A stretch of 64,000 nucleotides of DNA from an uncultured delta proteobacterium. Lineage in GTDB: Bacteria; Bdellovibrionota; FAC87; UBA2466. Position 1 is the first letter of the stretch, and every line of letters starts with the position of its first letter. Location of the stretch: contig CAVZSV010000007.1 of NCBI GenBank assembly GCA_963778115.1, positions 151,175-215,174 of the forward strand, given 5' to 3'. Positions 1 through 9,457 of the stretch are shown piece after piece. The notes beneath the pieces were generated by a model that saw only the letters and a program-made list of their open reading frames with translations, did no database searches and was not told the origin of the DNA. Position numbers and translations under genes: made by a program.

Positions 1-2342
1 TCCGCCCCGGGGAACGTTGTTTGGTAAGTGACGCGCAAGCCGTATTTGGCTCGGGCTTCATGATCCGCTCCCGACGCCTCTCCAAGCTAACACTGTCGTA
101 TGAGATGCCTTGGATAGAACAATTACGTCGAGAAGAAGGAATTTCAATTCCGGTAAGCGATCTCGATCCCTTCTTCGAAAAGCTGGTCCAAATACCCTAT
201 TTACCCAAAATTCATTGGCCGGAATCGCTTTCTTGGAAGTTTGTCGAAGAGAAGCCCATCAAAGGGCTGAGCCTTTTGTCTGCGAAAAGACACTCCCAAA
301 ATACGTCTCATTTACTGGGGACGGTCTGTTTTTTCTATGGAAACGTAGAAATTCCCTTTAACACCAGCGATTGCGGTGTCGTCAATCGCAAGGACCGGAC
401 CATACACATCCGAGATCGTAAATATGAGTGGGATGCTTTTGCGGAAGTTTTGGGACACAAAGTCTTAAGGCCTTCCCACCATCTTCGAAACGAATGCGAC
501 GTCCTATTGCCGACCCGAGTATTTGTGGAAACGGTAAGAAGCCTTCTCGCCAAAGGCTGGGATGTCGAGTCGGAGCGAGTTCAAATTCGCCCCCTGGACC
601 AGATCAAAATTGAAATTACTTCTGGCATCGATTGGTTCGATCTAAAAATGAAATCGAGAAACGAACCATTGCCTATCGATATTTCCCAGCTGAGAGAAGC
701 TATTAGAAACCCCGGATCTCTAGTCAAACTAGGCAACGGATCTCAAGGCATCATCCCCGAGCAATGGCTCGAAAAATATGCTTTCCTAGCTCAATTTGGG
801 GAAGTTCACGGCGACGGACTACGATTTAAGAAATCGCAGGGCGTTCTGCTAGATGCCCTTCTTCAAGATAAAGAAGAGTCGATAAAAGTGGACCGTTCTT
901 TCACTAAAGCGATCGACAAGGTGCGCGATTCGCTGGAGCCGCGTCTCAAAAAAGAGCCCAAGGCTTTTAAAGGCAAACTTCGAAAGTACCAACGAGAGGG
1001 TTTAGGTTGGCTAGAATACTTAAACAAAGTTGGGATCGGTGGATGCCTGGCCGATGACATGGGATTGGGAAAAACCATTCAGATCCTAGCTCTATTACAG
1101 ACGGTAAAGAGCAAGCTACCAACGCTAGTCGTAGTTCCCAAGAGCCTTGTATTCAGCTGGATTTCCGAAGCAAAGAAGTTTACTCCCGCACTATCCGTTC
1201 TAGATTATACGGGTCCCGGTCGCCGGGAGGTTCAGGCTCGCTTTTCCGAAGCCGATATTATTCTGACCACCTACGGAACGGTCCGGACCGACATTCTGGA
1301 ACTTTCCAAACTCAAATTTTTCTACATCATCTTGGATGAGTCTCAGATGATTAAGAACTACTCTTCCCAGATTGCAAAGGCCGTTCGTTTACTGCACTCT
1401 GAGCATCGACTGGTCCTCACTGGAACCCCCATCGAAAATCACATCGGAGAACTCTGGTCGCAGCTCGACTTCTTAAATCCGGGAATGTTGGGCGGAGCCA
1501 CCGCTTTCAAGCAGACGACCATGGACCTAGACGAGCAAAAGGACTGGCTCTCTTCTCTCTCGGTAGCACTAAAACCTTTTATCCTCCGAAGAACGAAAGA
1601 ACAGGTCCTGAAAGAGCTCCCTCCCAAGTCCGAGCAGATTCTATATTGTGATTTCGAAGAAGAAGAGCAGCTGCTTTACGATAAGTTACGGGATCACTAT
1701 CGAAGCGATCTGATAGGAACTATCGAGGAAAAGGGACTCAATAAGTCCAAGATGCTTATTCTGGAAGCTTTGTTAAGAATGCGGCAGGCCTCTTGCCATT
1801 ATGGACTCATCGACAAGAAAAGAACTATCGAGGATAGTGCAAAAACACGGGCGCTAATGTCTCGGCTTACTGAGATTTTAGAATCGGGTCATAAGGCTCT
1901 CATCTTTTCTCAATTTACGAGTTTTCTTAGTATTGTCAGAGAAAAGCTTAATGCGCGTGGGATCACCTATGAATATTTAGATGGTTCAACCTCCGATCGC
2001 AAAGAAAGAGTCACCAGGTTCCAGTCCGATCCGAAATGCCCGTTATTTTTATTAAGTCTAAAAGCGGGAGGGGTCGGCCTCAATCTCACCGCCGCCGATT
2101 ACGTTTTTCTTCTGGATCCGTGGTGGAATCCCGCAGTGGAAGCTCAAGCCGTCGACCGAACCCACCGGATAGGGCAGAAAAAACCGGTCATGGTTTATCG
2201 TATTATCACTAGAAACACCGTCGAAGAAAAGGTGCTAGAACTTCAGACAAAGAAAAAGGCACTCTTTAATAAGGTGCTCTCCTCCGATCAATCGCTCCTA
2301 AGAAAGATCACCGTAGACGATTTGAAGACATTACTTTCGTAG
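1..2342 (+). CDS. SNF2-family helicase, 5'-partial (frame open to window edge; first in-window start TTG at 21)
   Basis: ORF track 21..2342; no in-frame stop between positions 3 and 21; translation has LADDMGLGKT (Walker A), DESQ box, and helicase C-terminal blocks LLSLKAGGVGLNLT and QAVDRTHRIGQKK. Confidence 0.85.
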   Translation, partial: RPGERCLVSDAQAVFGSGFMIRSRRLSKLTLSYEMPWIEQLRREEGISIPVSDLDPFFEKLVQIPYLPKIHWPESLSWKFVEEKPIKGLSLLSAKRHSQNTSHLLGTVCFFYGNVEIPFNTSDCGVVNRKDRTIHIRDRKYEWDAFAEVLGHKVLRPSHHLRNECDVLLPTRVFVETVRSLLAKGWDVESERVQIRPLDQIKIEITSGIDWFDLKMKSRNEPLPIDISQLREAIRNPGSLVKLGNGSQGIIPEQWLEKYAFLAQFGEVHGDGLRFKKSQGVLLDALLQDKEESIKVDRSFTKAIDKVRDSLEPRLKKEPKAFKGKLRKYQREGLGWLEYLNKVGIGGCLADDMGLGKTIQILALLQTVKSKLPTLVVVPKSLVFSWISEAKKFTPALSVLDYTGPGRREVQARFSEADIILTTYGTVRTDILELSKLKFFYIILDESQMIKNYSSQIAKAVRLLHSEHRLVLTGTPIENHIGELWSQLDFLNPGMLGGATAFKQTTMDLDEQKDWLSSLSVALKPFILRRTKEQVLKELPPKSEQILYCDFEEEEQLLYDKLRDHYRSDLIGTIEEKGLNKSKMLILEALLRMRQASCHYGLIDKKRTIEDSAKTRALMSRLTEILESGHKALIFSQFTSFLSIVREKLNARGITYEYLDGSTSDRKERVTRFQSDPKCPLFLLSLKAGGVGLNLTAADYVFLLDPWWNPAVEAQAVDRTHRIGQKKPVMVYRIITRNTVEEKVLELQTKKKALFNKVLSSDQSLLRKITVDDLKTLLS

Positions 2343-2441
2343 AATCGACTTTTTTTTTAATCTTTTTCATTGATCCTCGGGCCTTCGGAAAGCTACTATG
2401 GCGCGGCACAAACGGGGGTAAAACTAAGTGTTGGAGTTTCC

Positions 2442-4055
2442 ATGCGAAATTATACCCTGGTGTTCTTTGCCCTCATCTGTCTAGTCTCTTCCAGGGTATT
2501 TGCCGATGAGATGATCCAAAGGCGGGTCGCCGAAGCCCTTAAGTTTACCGTCCGAATAGTCGTCAAGAATGGGGACCCGTTCACTTCCTCGGTGCGACAA
2601 TCGCATGCGACCGGCTTCATTGTTCAAATCAAAGGGGGCAAAGCCCTTGTCTTTACCAACAAACACGTTATTCAAAAAAACCCTTGGGAGGCCCAATCCC
2701 TGGAAATCGATGTCAATGCTTTGGGTTTTGAGTCGGGGGAGAGGGTTCCCGCTAAGTTGCTGTTAAAGAGTGCTCTCATCGACTTCGCCGTAGTTGAATT
2801 TGATCTGGCGGCACTTTCACGCGAGTGTGCAAAAGAGTTAAAACCGGCCGAACTCCCTTCAAAGACCCAATACGAGAGACTTTCCCAGCCAGGGTCCTCA
2901 GTCATTGCCGTGGGAAACCCGCTAGAGTCCCAATCGGTGGTGACTCACGGACTGATCACCAATTTTCACAAAATCGAGTGGAGGGGAAATTATCTACAAA
3001 TCTCCGCCGCTATTAATCCAGGCAATTCCGGGGGGCCTCTTATTGAAGTCGATTCAGGAAAAGTGGTGGGGATCAATACCATGATGATTCGGCAGGCCGC
3101 GGCCATGGGCTTTGCCATTCCCATCAGTGAGATTCAGGAAGAGTATGACCTTCTCAGAAAAAGCGAGGGATATGCCACGCAGGCTTTCCTCCCATTCGTA
3201 TTGGCTCCCATCGATAAGTCTCAGCTCGAAGCGCAAGGATTTAGAGGTCTATTGGAAGCAAGATTTCCAAAGGCTCGAATCTTTCAGTCTTGCGATAATC
3301 TCCATATCGTCATAAATGCTTCGGAAAACTCTCCATTTATGGCACAAGATATTCTGTTAACCGCTGAAGGGCAATTTGTTGGGGGAGACCCCTTCTCACT
3401 GCGCAAGATCGTCCAGCGCTCCCGTAAGAAAAACATCTCGATGCAGGTGCTAAGGCAAGGAGAAGTCGTGACTCTGGATTGCCCCATTAACGTCGAACGG
3501 TTTAACAATGGTCCTTCCACGTTTGATTTCGTTACCTTCTCAGGTGCGTTTTTTACTTCAGGCGGTGGATTTGATTCTCTAAAGGTGGGCGGACGAGAAG
3601 GTTCTGTGAATTTATCGGGTATCTTTCCCGGTACGTTAGCTTCGCAGCATCTGGGCCAACTTGCCACCGCAACCTTAATTTCAGTCGAATACGGAGGAAA
3701 GGCATATCCCGTCGAGACTATGTCCGATTTTAAAGCATGTCTTCGCGAAATCCCTCAAGAAGAGAATAACGCAAACATCAAACTCATTTTCATGGCACCG
3801 TTGCGGGCCGCTTTTCCAGGAGGGATGGTCTCCATGCAAGGAACCGATCGGAGACGAGTGATTCCGGTTGTCATCCCCGTAGCATATTTGATGACGGACG
3901 AGACTATTTCGCTACCGGAGATTTTAGCGGATTTCGATTTTTTGGGATTCGAGCGTCCTTGGACGCGAATGGGACTATTGGGACTTTGGGCTCAGTGCGG
4001 CTCCAAGGTTATAGCTGAAACCAGTCCTAAAAAGAAAAAACGTCGGACGAATTAA
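2442..4055 (+). CDS. secreted trypsin-like (S1, HtrA/DegP-type) serine protease
   Basis: ORF track 2370..4055; in-frame ATG at 2442 preceded by GGAG starts a signal-peptide-like segment (LVFFALICLVSSRVFA); catalytic Ser block AINPGNSGGPL. Confidence 0.8.
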   Translation: MRNYTLVFFALICLVSSRVFADEMIQRRVAEALKFTVRIVVKNGDPFTSSVRQSHATGFIVQIKGGKALVFTNKHVIQKNPWEAQSLEIDVNALGFESGERVPAKLLLKSALIDFAVVEFDLAALSRECAKELKPAELPSKTQYERLSQPGSSVIAVGNPLESQSVVTHGLITNFHKIEWRGNYLQISAAINPGNSGGPLIEVDSGKVVGINTMMIRQAAAMGFAIPISEIQEEYDLLRKSEGYATQAFLPFVLAPIDKSQLEAQGFRGLLEARFPKARIFQSCDNLHIVINASENSPFMAQDILLTAEGQFVGGDPFSLRKIVQRSRKKNISMQVLRQGEVVTLDCPINVERFNNGPSTFDFVTFSGAFFTSGGGFDSLKVGGREGSVNLSGIFPGTLASQHLGQLATATLISVEYGGKAYPVETMSDFKACLREIPQEENNANIKLIFMAPLRAAFPGGMVSMQGTDRRRVIPVVIPVAYLMTDETISLPEILADFDFLGFERPWTRMGLLGLWAQCGSKVIAETSPKKKKRRTN

Positions 4056-4090
4056 AAAAACCCGGGGGCCTTAAGCCCCCGGGGCCATTT
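4054..4090. terminator. bidirectional rho-independent terminator between convergent genes
   Basis: A7 run (4054-4060), 9-bp all-GC stem cccgggggc / gcccccggg (4061-4069 with 4075-4083), loop cttaa; read on the minus strand the hairpin is followed by T7. Confidence 0.75.
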
Positions 4091-4092
4091 CT

Positions 4093-5451
4093 TTAGTTAA
4101 CTCGTGAAGCATCCTGTAATACTTGAAGGCGTCGGGAGAGTTGGGCCGGCGTAATTCCCGGGGTACTGCGCTCAATCTGCTCGACTAGCTCCTTAGACGG
4201 CACTTTCGCCATCTGGAGATTGGTATCGTAGACACCAGTCGTTTGCGGGTGCTGACCGTAATTATTAGCACAGTCGTCGCTGGTGTATTTTTGGATTTCC
4301 CCTAACGAGATAAAGCCATCTTTAACGCCGTCCACGTACCCGTCAGCATAACCGATCAAAGCTTTCCAAAGGGCGTGGCCGAAGGCACTCCCTGCACTGC
4401 CATCGGGTCCATTGGGTTGATCGGGATCGGTGCCGGGTCCCGTGCTCGACTCTTCGTCCTGTTCGCTCGAGGACATGACCATGAGTGTTCGCCCACTGGT
4501 TCCCCAGTTCTGCCAAACGCTCTTGCTATCGTTAAAGGCATTCACCAAACCGCCCGAGTCGCATGCCATAGTGAAGATAATGATCTCTTTGGCGGGATAG
4601 GCGAGTGCATTGTCTCGAATCTGGTCGTAGGTCACGCCAACAAGTAACTCGTCATCATCGCCGTGGCCACTTGAGTATTGGAGGTACATGTCATTCGCCG
4701 TCATCTGGCCACCAATGGTCTGCCACGCACTTTGGATCTGATCGGGCGTAACGCTGTCGCCGATCAGCTCGGTCCCAAGGTAATTCCCTCCGGCGTCCTT
4801 GGTGAAAACATCGTTGGTATGTTGAACATCATATTTGACTTCGTTTTCCATTTCATCGTTGCTGCTAGAACCGTTAGTGGTTCCCCATCCCAAGTAATAT
4901 TTCTTTCCGGTGAAACCGGCGCCGGTAAGAGACCTTTCAGAAATCGTTCCCGAAGCCTTTGCGGAAAGATGCTTTAAGAACTTTCTACCGTTTCTTTCAG
5001 CCGTAATTTGATCGTGAGACTTAGAGTAACCGTAGTAGCTGACTCCCCCGACCTGGGTCATAAACGCAAAAACATAGTTCGTCTGTCCGGGAGCAAATCG
5101 ACTGAAAGGAACGTGTCTCACTGTGGAGAGGCTCGTCCAGGTAAGCCCGTTAGCGGTTACCGGGTTTTCCGATTTCAAGACGGTAGACCCATTCACGAAA
5201 ATCGATCTCATATTCAAATGACTGTCTTTTTTTACATAAAAATTAACGGCGTCTTCCCCTTTGGTGAACTCAAAGAGAAGGGTGGAAGCCTCATTGGCCT
5301 CCTGTAATAAAGTCCAGTCCGCAAGCTTAGCCAATGAAAGGCCTTCGATATTCACGGAACCTTTGGCCTCCATCAAATTCGCCAGGGGAGTGCCAAACAC
5401 CGGGACGCAAGAGAGCAACGCCCCCAACACTATTGCAATGCCGCCACGCAT
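4093..5451 (-). CDS. secreted clan-CD (legumain/caspase-like) cysteine peptidase, putative
   Basis: ORF track; signal peptide MRGGIAIVLGALLSCVPVFG; His block YSSGHGDDDE and Cys block IIIFTMACDSGG about 35 aa apart, as in C13/C11/C14 peptidases. Confidence 0.55.
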   Translation of the reverse strand: MRGGIAIVLGALLSCVPVFGTPLANLMEAKGSVNIEGLSLAKLADWTLLQEANEASTLLFEFTKGEDAVNFYVKKDSHLNMRSIFVNGSTVLKSENPVTANGLTWTSLSTVRHVPFSRFAPGQTNYVFAFMTQVGGVSYYGYSKSHDQITAERNGRKFLKHLSAKASGTISERSLTGAGFTGKKYYLGWGTTNGSSSNDEMENEVKYDVQHTNDVFTKDAGGNYLGTELIGDSVTPDQIQSAWQTIGGQMTANDMYLQYSSGHGDDDELLVGVTYDQIRDNALAYPAKEIIIFTMACDSGGLVNAFNDSKSVWQNWGTSGRTLMVMSSSEQDEESSTGPGTDPDQPNGPDGSAGSAFGHALWKALIGYADGYVDGVKDGFISLGEIQKYTSDDCANNYGQHPQTTGVYDTNLQMAKVPSKELVEQIERSTPGITPAQLSRRLQVLQDASRVN

Positions 5452-5612
5452 GGGTCACCTCATAGGGTTAAATTCGGACTACATTATTTGATATGCCGGT
5501 AGCATCTCATAACCCCTTCAGAGTCATGGCTATGCCAGGCTAAAAAGAAGAAACAGTTGTTAATGGTGGCAAAGAGCACCGGCGGATGTAACGCAGCCCA
5601 TCATGGATGGGT

Positions 5613-6431
5613 CTACTTAACAGAGCAGGCATTCAACAGCTTTCGAAGCCCTAAAGCACGCCCGGCTGCCGACTGTTGCTTTCTTTTTTCATTTACCTGC
5701 GCGAAGTAATACCCTTTTGCAGCACGTTCCACTGCCGTTAGGCGTTCGGCCATACTGAGCTCTTTGTCTTCGGGAAGTAGGATTTCAAAAGCCTTCTCGA
5801 ACCGCGGTAAATTGCGCTCAACTGTCCCAAGATTTCCCGCAACCTCGGGAAACATCTCTTGGAGAATTTTCATTCGAGTTTCTGGCGTATCTAAGTTTTG
5901 ATGCTTAAATCGAGAGTCGAGGAACACGTCATCCATGTAGCGTTCGGTTTTCTCAAGCCTCTGGCCCATCGCCATTTTCGACGGAATGCCGTATTGCTCC
6001 TCGAAAAGGTCAGCCACTTTATCGTCTATCTGATCGGATATTTTTTTAGAATACTTTGCTTCTAGTCTTACCAATCGGTCCACGAGCCCAAGAGGCTTAC
6101 CCGGATCTTCTTCAATTCCAAGCTCCTTTTCCAGCCTTTCGGCAGCCGCAAGCAAGGATAGGTCTTCGTTAATCTTCAATTCATTTTTAAGCTCCTGGAA
6201 CCGAGTCACTAGTCCGTCGGACCGCCTTTCGGATAACAACAGAAGATATCTTTCCTTGTCCCGATACTTATGCGTTAAATCTTCTACGATCTTTCTCTCT
6301 ACCTGTTGAAGAATCGTTTCCACCTGCTCATCGCTGAGAGTGGTTGAAGCAGGCTCCACTGCTTTACCTACCAAGCAAAAAGATCCCAACAGAAGAAATA
6401 AACAGATAATTCTTTGGAAAGAGTGATTCAT
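5613..6431 (-). CDS. hypothetical secreted coiled-coil protein
   Basis: ORF track; signal peptide then charged helical sequence; no catalytic motif recognised. Confidence 0.65.
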   Translation of the reverse strand: MNHSFQRIICLFLLLGSFCLVGKAVEPASTTLSDEQVETILQQVERKIVEDLTHKYRDKERYLLLLSERRSDGLVTRFQELKNELKINEDLSLLAAAERLEKELGIEEDPGKPLGLVDRLVRLEAKYSKKISDQIDDKVADLFEEQYGIPSKMAMGQRLEKTERYMDDVFLDSRFKHQNLDTPETRMKILQEMFPEVAGNLGTVERNLPRFEKAFEILLPEDKELSMAERLTAVERAAKGYYFAQVNEKRKQQSAAGRALGLRKLLNACSVK

Positions 6432-6495
6432 GAGAGTTTCCTTAACGTGTTTGGAAAGACTCTCGCAAAAAGACTATGGAATTAGGCTGCAAAGA

Positions 6496-6521
6496 GTGGT
6501 TACTACGGTTCTAGTAACCAC
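6496..6521. promoter_or_regulatory. 10-bp perfect inverted repeat (gtggttacta-N6-tagtaaccac), candidate operator or leader hairpin
   Basis: read directly in the 285-bp divergent intergenic region between 5613..6431(-) and 6717..7538(+). Confidence 0.3.
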
Positions 6522-6716
6522 GGAGCGGACCACGGTTGCCGACACTCTGCCTGCGGTAAACAAGGGTTTGGGGGGCCTTACGATCCTTTGGCGTTGGAGT
6601 ACGCACGAGGGGATTAGTACGTCCCGGTGACAAACCAGCGCCCTTAATTGAAAGTTTTCTAGACGATCACTAAAGGTCTACACGGAGCTTTAGGCTCCGT
6701 TCCATCAGCATGATCA

Positions 6717-7538
6717 TTGCAGAGTCTGAACGCCGTGAGATTTGGGGTGACATTACTTTTTCTTGTATCTGTAATGGCCCTTACGATAGGCCGCCTTACT
6801 TATGCCGATCTGAGTACGATAACCAGGCGTCACGAGCTAGTGGTCGCCGTTCTCTCCGATGATATCCCCCCTTTTAATTTTAGATCCGCTGACGGCTCCC
6901 TTGAGGGCATCGATATCGCCTTAGTCAAAGACATGGCTCGAGAACTTAATGTTTCACTGCGGTTCGTAAGATCTGCCCGAACTTATGCAGATCTATTGAC
7001 CCAACTAGAAAAGGGAGAGGCCGACATCGGCGCTTCGGCGCTTTATCCGACGCTATCACGAGCGATCGAGATGCGATTTTCAGACAGTTACTTCGCGCTT
7101 ACTCCAGTGTTTGTTACCAATCGAATCCAAAGTGCCAGGTTTGGCACGGGGGATACCTCCGTCTTACTAAAGAAGCCCGGAGTCAAAGTCGGGGTCTATC
7201 AAGACAGCGGCTATGCCTCTCAACTGCACTCCCGCTTCATTGGGCTCACCACACTTACGTACAAGGACTGGGAGGAGCTGATTCGGGATCTTCAAAAGGG
7301 CGTCATTACCGCTGCCTATATAGATCCTATCGAAATGGCTCGCTGGCGGAAACAGATCCATAATCTAGATCTTTACTTTAGAGTTTCACAATCATCGGAA
7401 GGAAAGGCACCGGTTGCTTTTGCCATAAAAGAATCCGATACCCAGCTACTTTATTGGGTAAACCTTTACCTAAAGCTTCGCCAAGAAAATGGATTCATCG
7501 ATAAGACCATTCAGCAATATTCGGGAGGCCTCCGATGA
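6717..7538 (+). CDS. periplasmic solute-binding protein (family 3, amino-acid-binding type)
   Basis: ORF track (TTG start; in-frame GTG alternatives just downstream); signal peptide; PBPb-like blocks VVAVLSDDIPPFNF and GIDIALVKDMAREL. Confidence 0.75.
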   Translation: MQSLNAVRFGVTLLFLVSVMALTIGRLTYADLSTITRRHELVVAVLSDDIPPFNFRSADGSLEGIDIALVKDMARELNVSLRFVRSARTYADLLTQLEKGEADIGASALYPTLSRAIEMRFSDSYFALTPVFVTNRIQSARFGTGDTSVLLKKPGVKVGVYQDSGYASQLHSRFIGLTTLTYKDWEELIRDLQKGVITAAYIDPIEMARWRKQIHNLDLYFRVSQSSEGKAPVAFAIKESDTQLLYWVNLYLKLRQENGFIDKTIQQYSGGLR

Positions 7539-8845
7539 TACGTAGGAGAGTCTCAAAGGCCTTTTGGCCGATGGTATATCTGTTTGTTCTGGCTTCAAGT
7601 TTGTTTTGCGCGACCCTTCTCCCCTGGGTTGCAAAATATGTACTGCCTTTGGGAAATATCTTTTTTGCCCTAGTTCGGATGGTAGCCCTGCCCATTGTCA
7701 TTACGTCCGTAACTTTAAGTTTCGCCCACCTTTTTAGGACGAGCCATAGCCTTCATTGTCTAAAGAGACTGACGGCAATCTTTGTCGTGAGTGCCCTCAT
7801 GTCTGGTTTCCTTGGGGTAGTAAGCGGAGCGGTCCTTAGTCGACAGCTTCTAAAAGATGAAGGGGTTTCCACGTGGATATCCAATCTGCTCCATGCAACG
7901 GTCCCCACAGATACCGGAACCACAAATAAAGTCACTTCACAACCGGGACTTATGCACTTTATTGAGAATTTAGTCCCCGCTAATATTTTCCTGGCCCTCT
8001 CTCAAGGAGAAGTGATTGGGATTCTGGTTTCTGTTATGTTGCTCGGACTCGCCGTGGGAAGCACTAAGACTAACGGGTCTCATGCGGTTTTGCTAACGCT
8101 TGAAGGAGTGAATGGCGCTCTTTTCAAAATAATGAACTGGGTAATGAAGCTTTTGCCGCTTGGACTCGCTTCTCTTGTCTTCGAACTAGCGGATAAGTTT
8201 AGAGGGGATTCGGTTGCCTCTTTCTCAAAATGCCTGACGGGTTTTGGGCTATCGCTTCTTTTTCTGTTGCTTCTGCAATTACTCTGGGCGCGGGCTCTTT
8301 TTCGCGAGGGAATATTTTCTATTCTCAATAAATTAAGCCGTCCTTTGTTGACCGCACTTTGCACGAGTAGCAGCATCGCCACTCTTCCCATCTTGAGTTT
8401 TTCCCTGCAAAAGCAGTTTCGAGTCAATCGATGGACCTCAGATTTAGTCCTCTCTTTGGGTCTTACTTTTGGAAAGCAAGGAGTGGTCTTTTTCTTCGCA
8501 GTCCTTGGCACTCTACTAGTCAGGGTCTACGGATTACCCATCGGGCCTTCTCAAGTACTTTTGATTATCGTAGCCTCTCAACTGCAGTCGCTTGGAACCG
8601 CGGGGCTTCCCATCATGGCTTCCCTCTCGATGCTGGCCTCCCTCTATGGTCCCTTGGGACTACCGGTCGAAACGCTAACGGTATTGATGGCCACGCTACT
8701 CCCAGTATTTGACCCGCTACTCACTTTCCTCAACACGCTGGGGTACGCGGTTCTAACGGCCTTGGTAGAAAGATTCGCGCAGGTGCGGGTACCGGTTCCT
8801 ATGGCGCTGCCAGCCGCTGAACGTGCTGAAATCGTCGTAAAATAG
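7535..8845 (+). CDS. dicarboxylate/amino acid:cation symporter (DAACS, GltP-like)
   Basis: ORF track; ATGA overlap with upstream gene; multi-TM; conserved TALCTSSSIATLP and GTAGLPIMAS hairpin motifs of the glutamate transporter family. Confidence 0.85.
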   Translation: MIRRRVSKAFWPMVYLFVLASSLFCATLLPWVAKYVLPLGNIFFALVRMVALPIVITSVTLSFAHLFRTSHSLHCLKRLTAIFVVSALMSGFLGVVSGAVLSRQLLKDEGVSTWISNLLHATVPTDTGTTNKVTSQPGLMHFIENLVPANIFLALSQGEVIGILVSVMLLGLAVGSTKTNGSHAVLLTLEGVNGALFKIMNWVMKLLPLGLASLVFELADKFRGDSVASFSKCLTGFGLSLLFLLLLQLLWARALFREGIFSILNKLSRPLLTALCTSSSIATLPILSFSLQKQFRVNRWTSDLVLSLGLTFGKQGVVFFFAVLGTLLVRVYGLPIGPSQVLLIIVASQLQSLGTAGLPIMASLSMLASLYGPLGLPVETLTVLMATLLPVFDPLLTFLNTLGYAVLTALVERFAQVRVPVPMALPAAERAEIVVK

Positions 8846-8851
8846 CTTCTA

Positions 8852-9157
8852 CTATTTCGAAGGCACTATCTTCAAATGAGTTCTGGCCGTTTCCGTCGGA
8901 TTTAAAATATTAGCGGAGCTAGAGTCGATTCCAACAGAGGTAATGGAATAGGAATGGTCTCTTGCGATTCTTTCGGTAATGAGCAGTCCATCGCGCTCAA
9001 AAGTTTGTATTGCGATCCCTTTGGCCCGTTCGACGATTTCCGACTGATTGAGACCTGACACCTCTTCGAAATTGACTCGCAACTTGCTGTAGCACTCAAA
9101 CTCCACCACATACTCACTCTTGTTATCAACTCTAAGCGAGAACATCTTGTTCGACAT
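8852..9157 (-). CDS. hypothetical small protein
   Basis: ORF track 8852..9184; internal ATG at 9157 lies 5 nt downstream of a GAGGAGG Shine-Dalgarno, so the shorter start is preferred. Confidence 0.45.
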   Translation of the reverse strand: MSNKMFSLRVDNKSEYVVEFECYSKLRVNFEEVSGLNQSEIVERAKGIAIQTFERDGLLITERIARDHSYSITSVGIDSSSANILNPTETARTHLKIVPSK

Positions 9158-9457
9158 TGGCCCCTCCTCATTTTCAATAATCAAACAACTCAGTATGCCT
9201 ACTTCTCGCTCTGCACTTCAACTGTAAGTTTTTAGCCGTAGGATGAATGGACGAACTAGCTGGAATACAGCGGCAGCCCGACGTATCGCATACCCAGGTG
9301 AGAATATGGTGATTATGATTCTTTTTTCACAATCATTAAGGCAACCAAACAATCGATTACAATGGCTGGAGTGGTACGTTGATGGTCCCTAATTGCTTTT
9401 TCTTTGTCCTATCGCCGTCACTATCCACCTTAGACATTGAAATTCTTTTAAAATAAT

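Noticed and set aside
2343-2441. T9 run after the SNF2 stop as an intrinsic terminator
   Set aside because: No convincing GC-rich stem precedes the T-run.
6430-6630. 66-aa ORF in the divergent leader
   Set aside because: Overlaps the start codon of the minus-strand gene; no ribosome-binding site; region more plausibly regulatory.
8902-9177. Alternative-frame 91-aa ORF overlapping 8852..9157
   Set aside because: The other frame has a strong GAGGAGG ribosome-binding site; this one has none.
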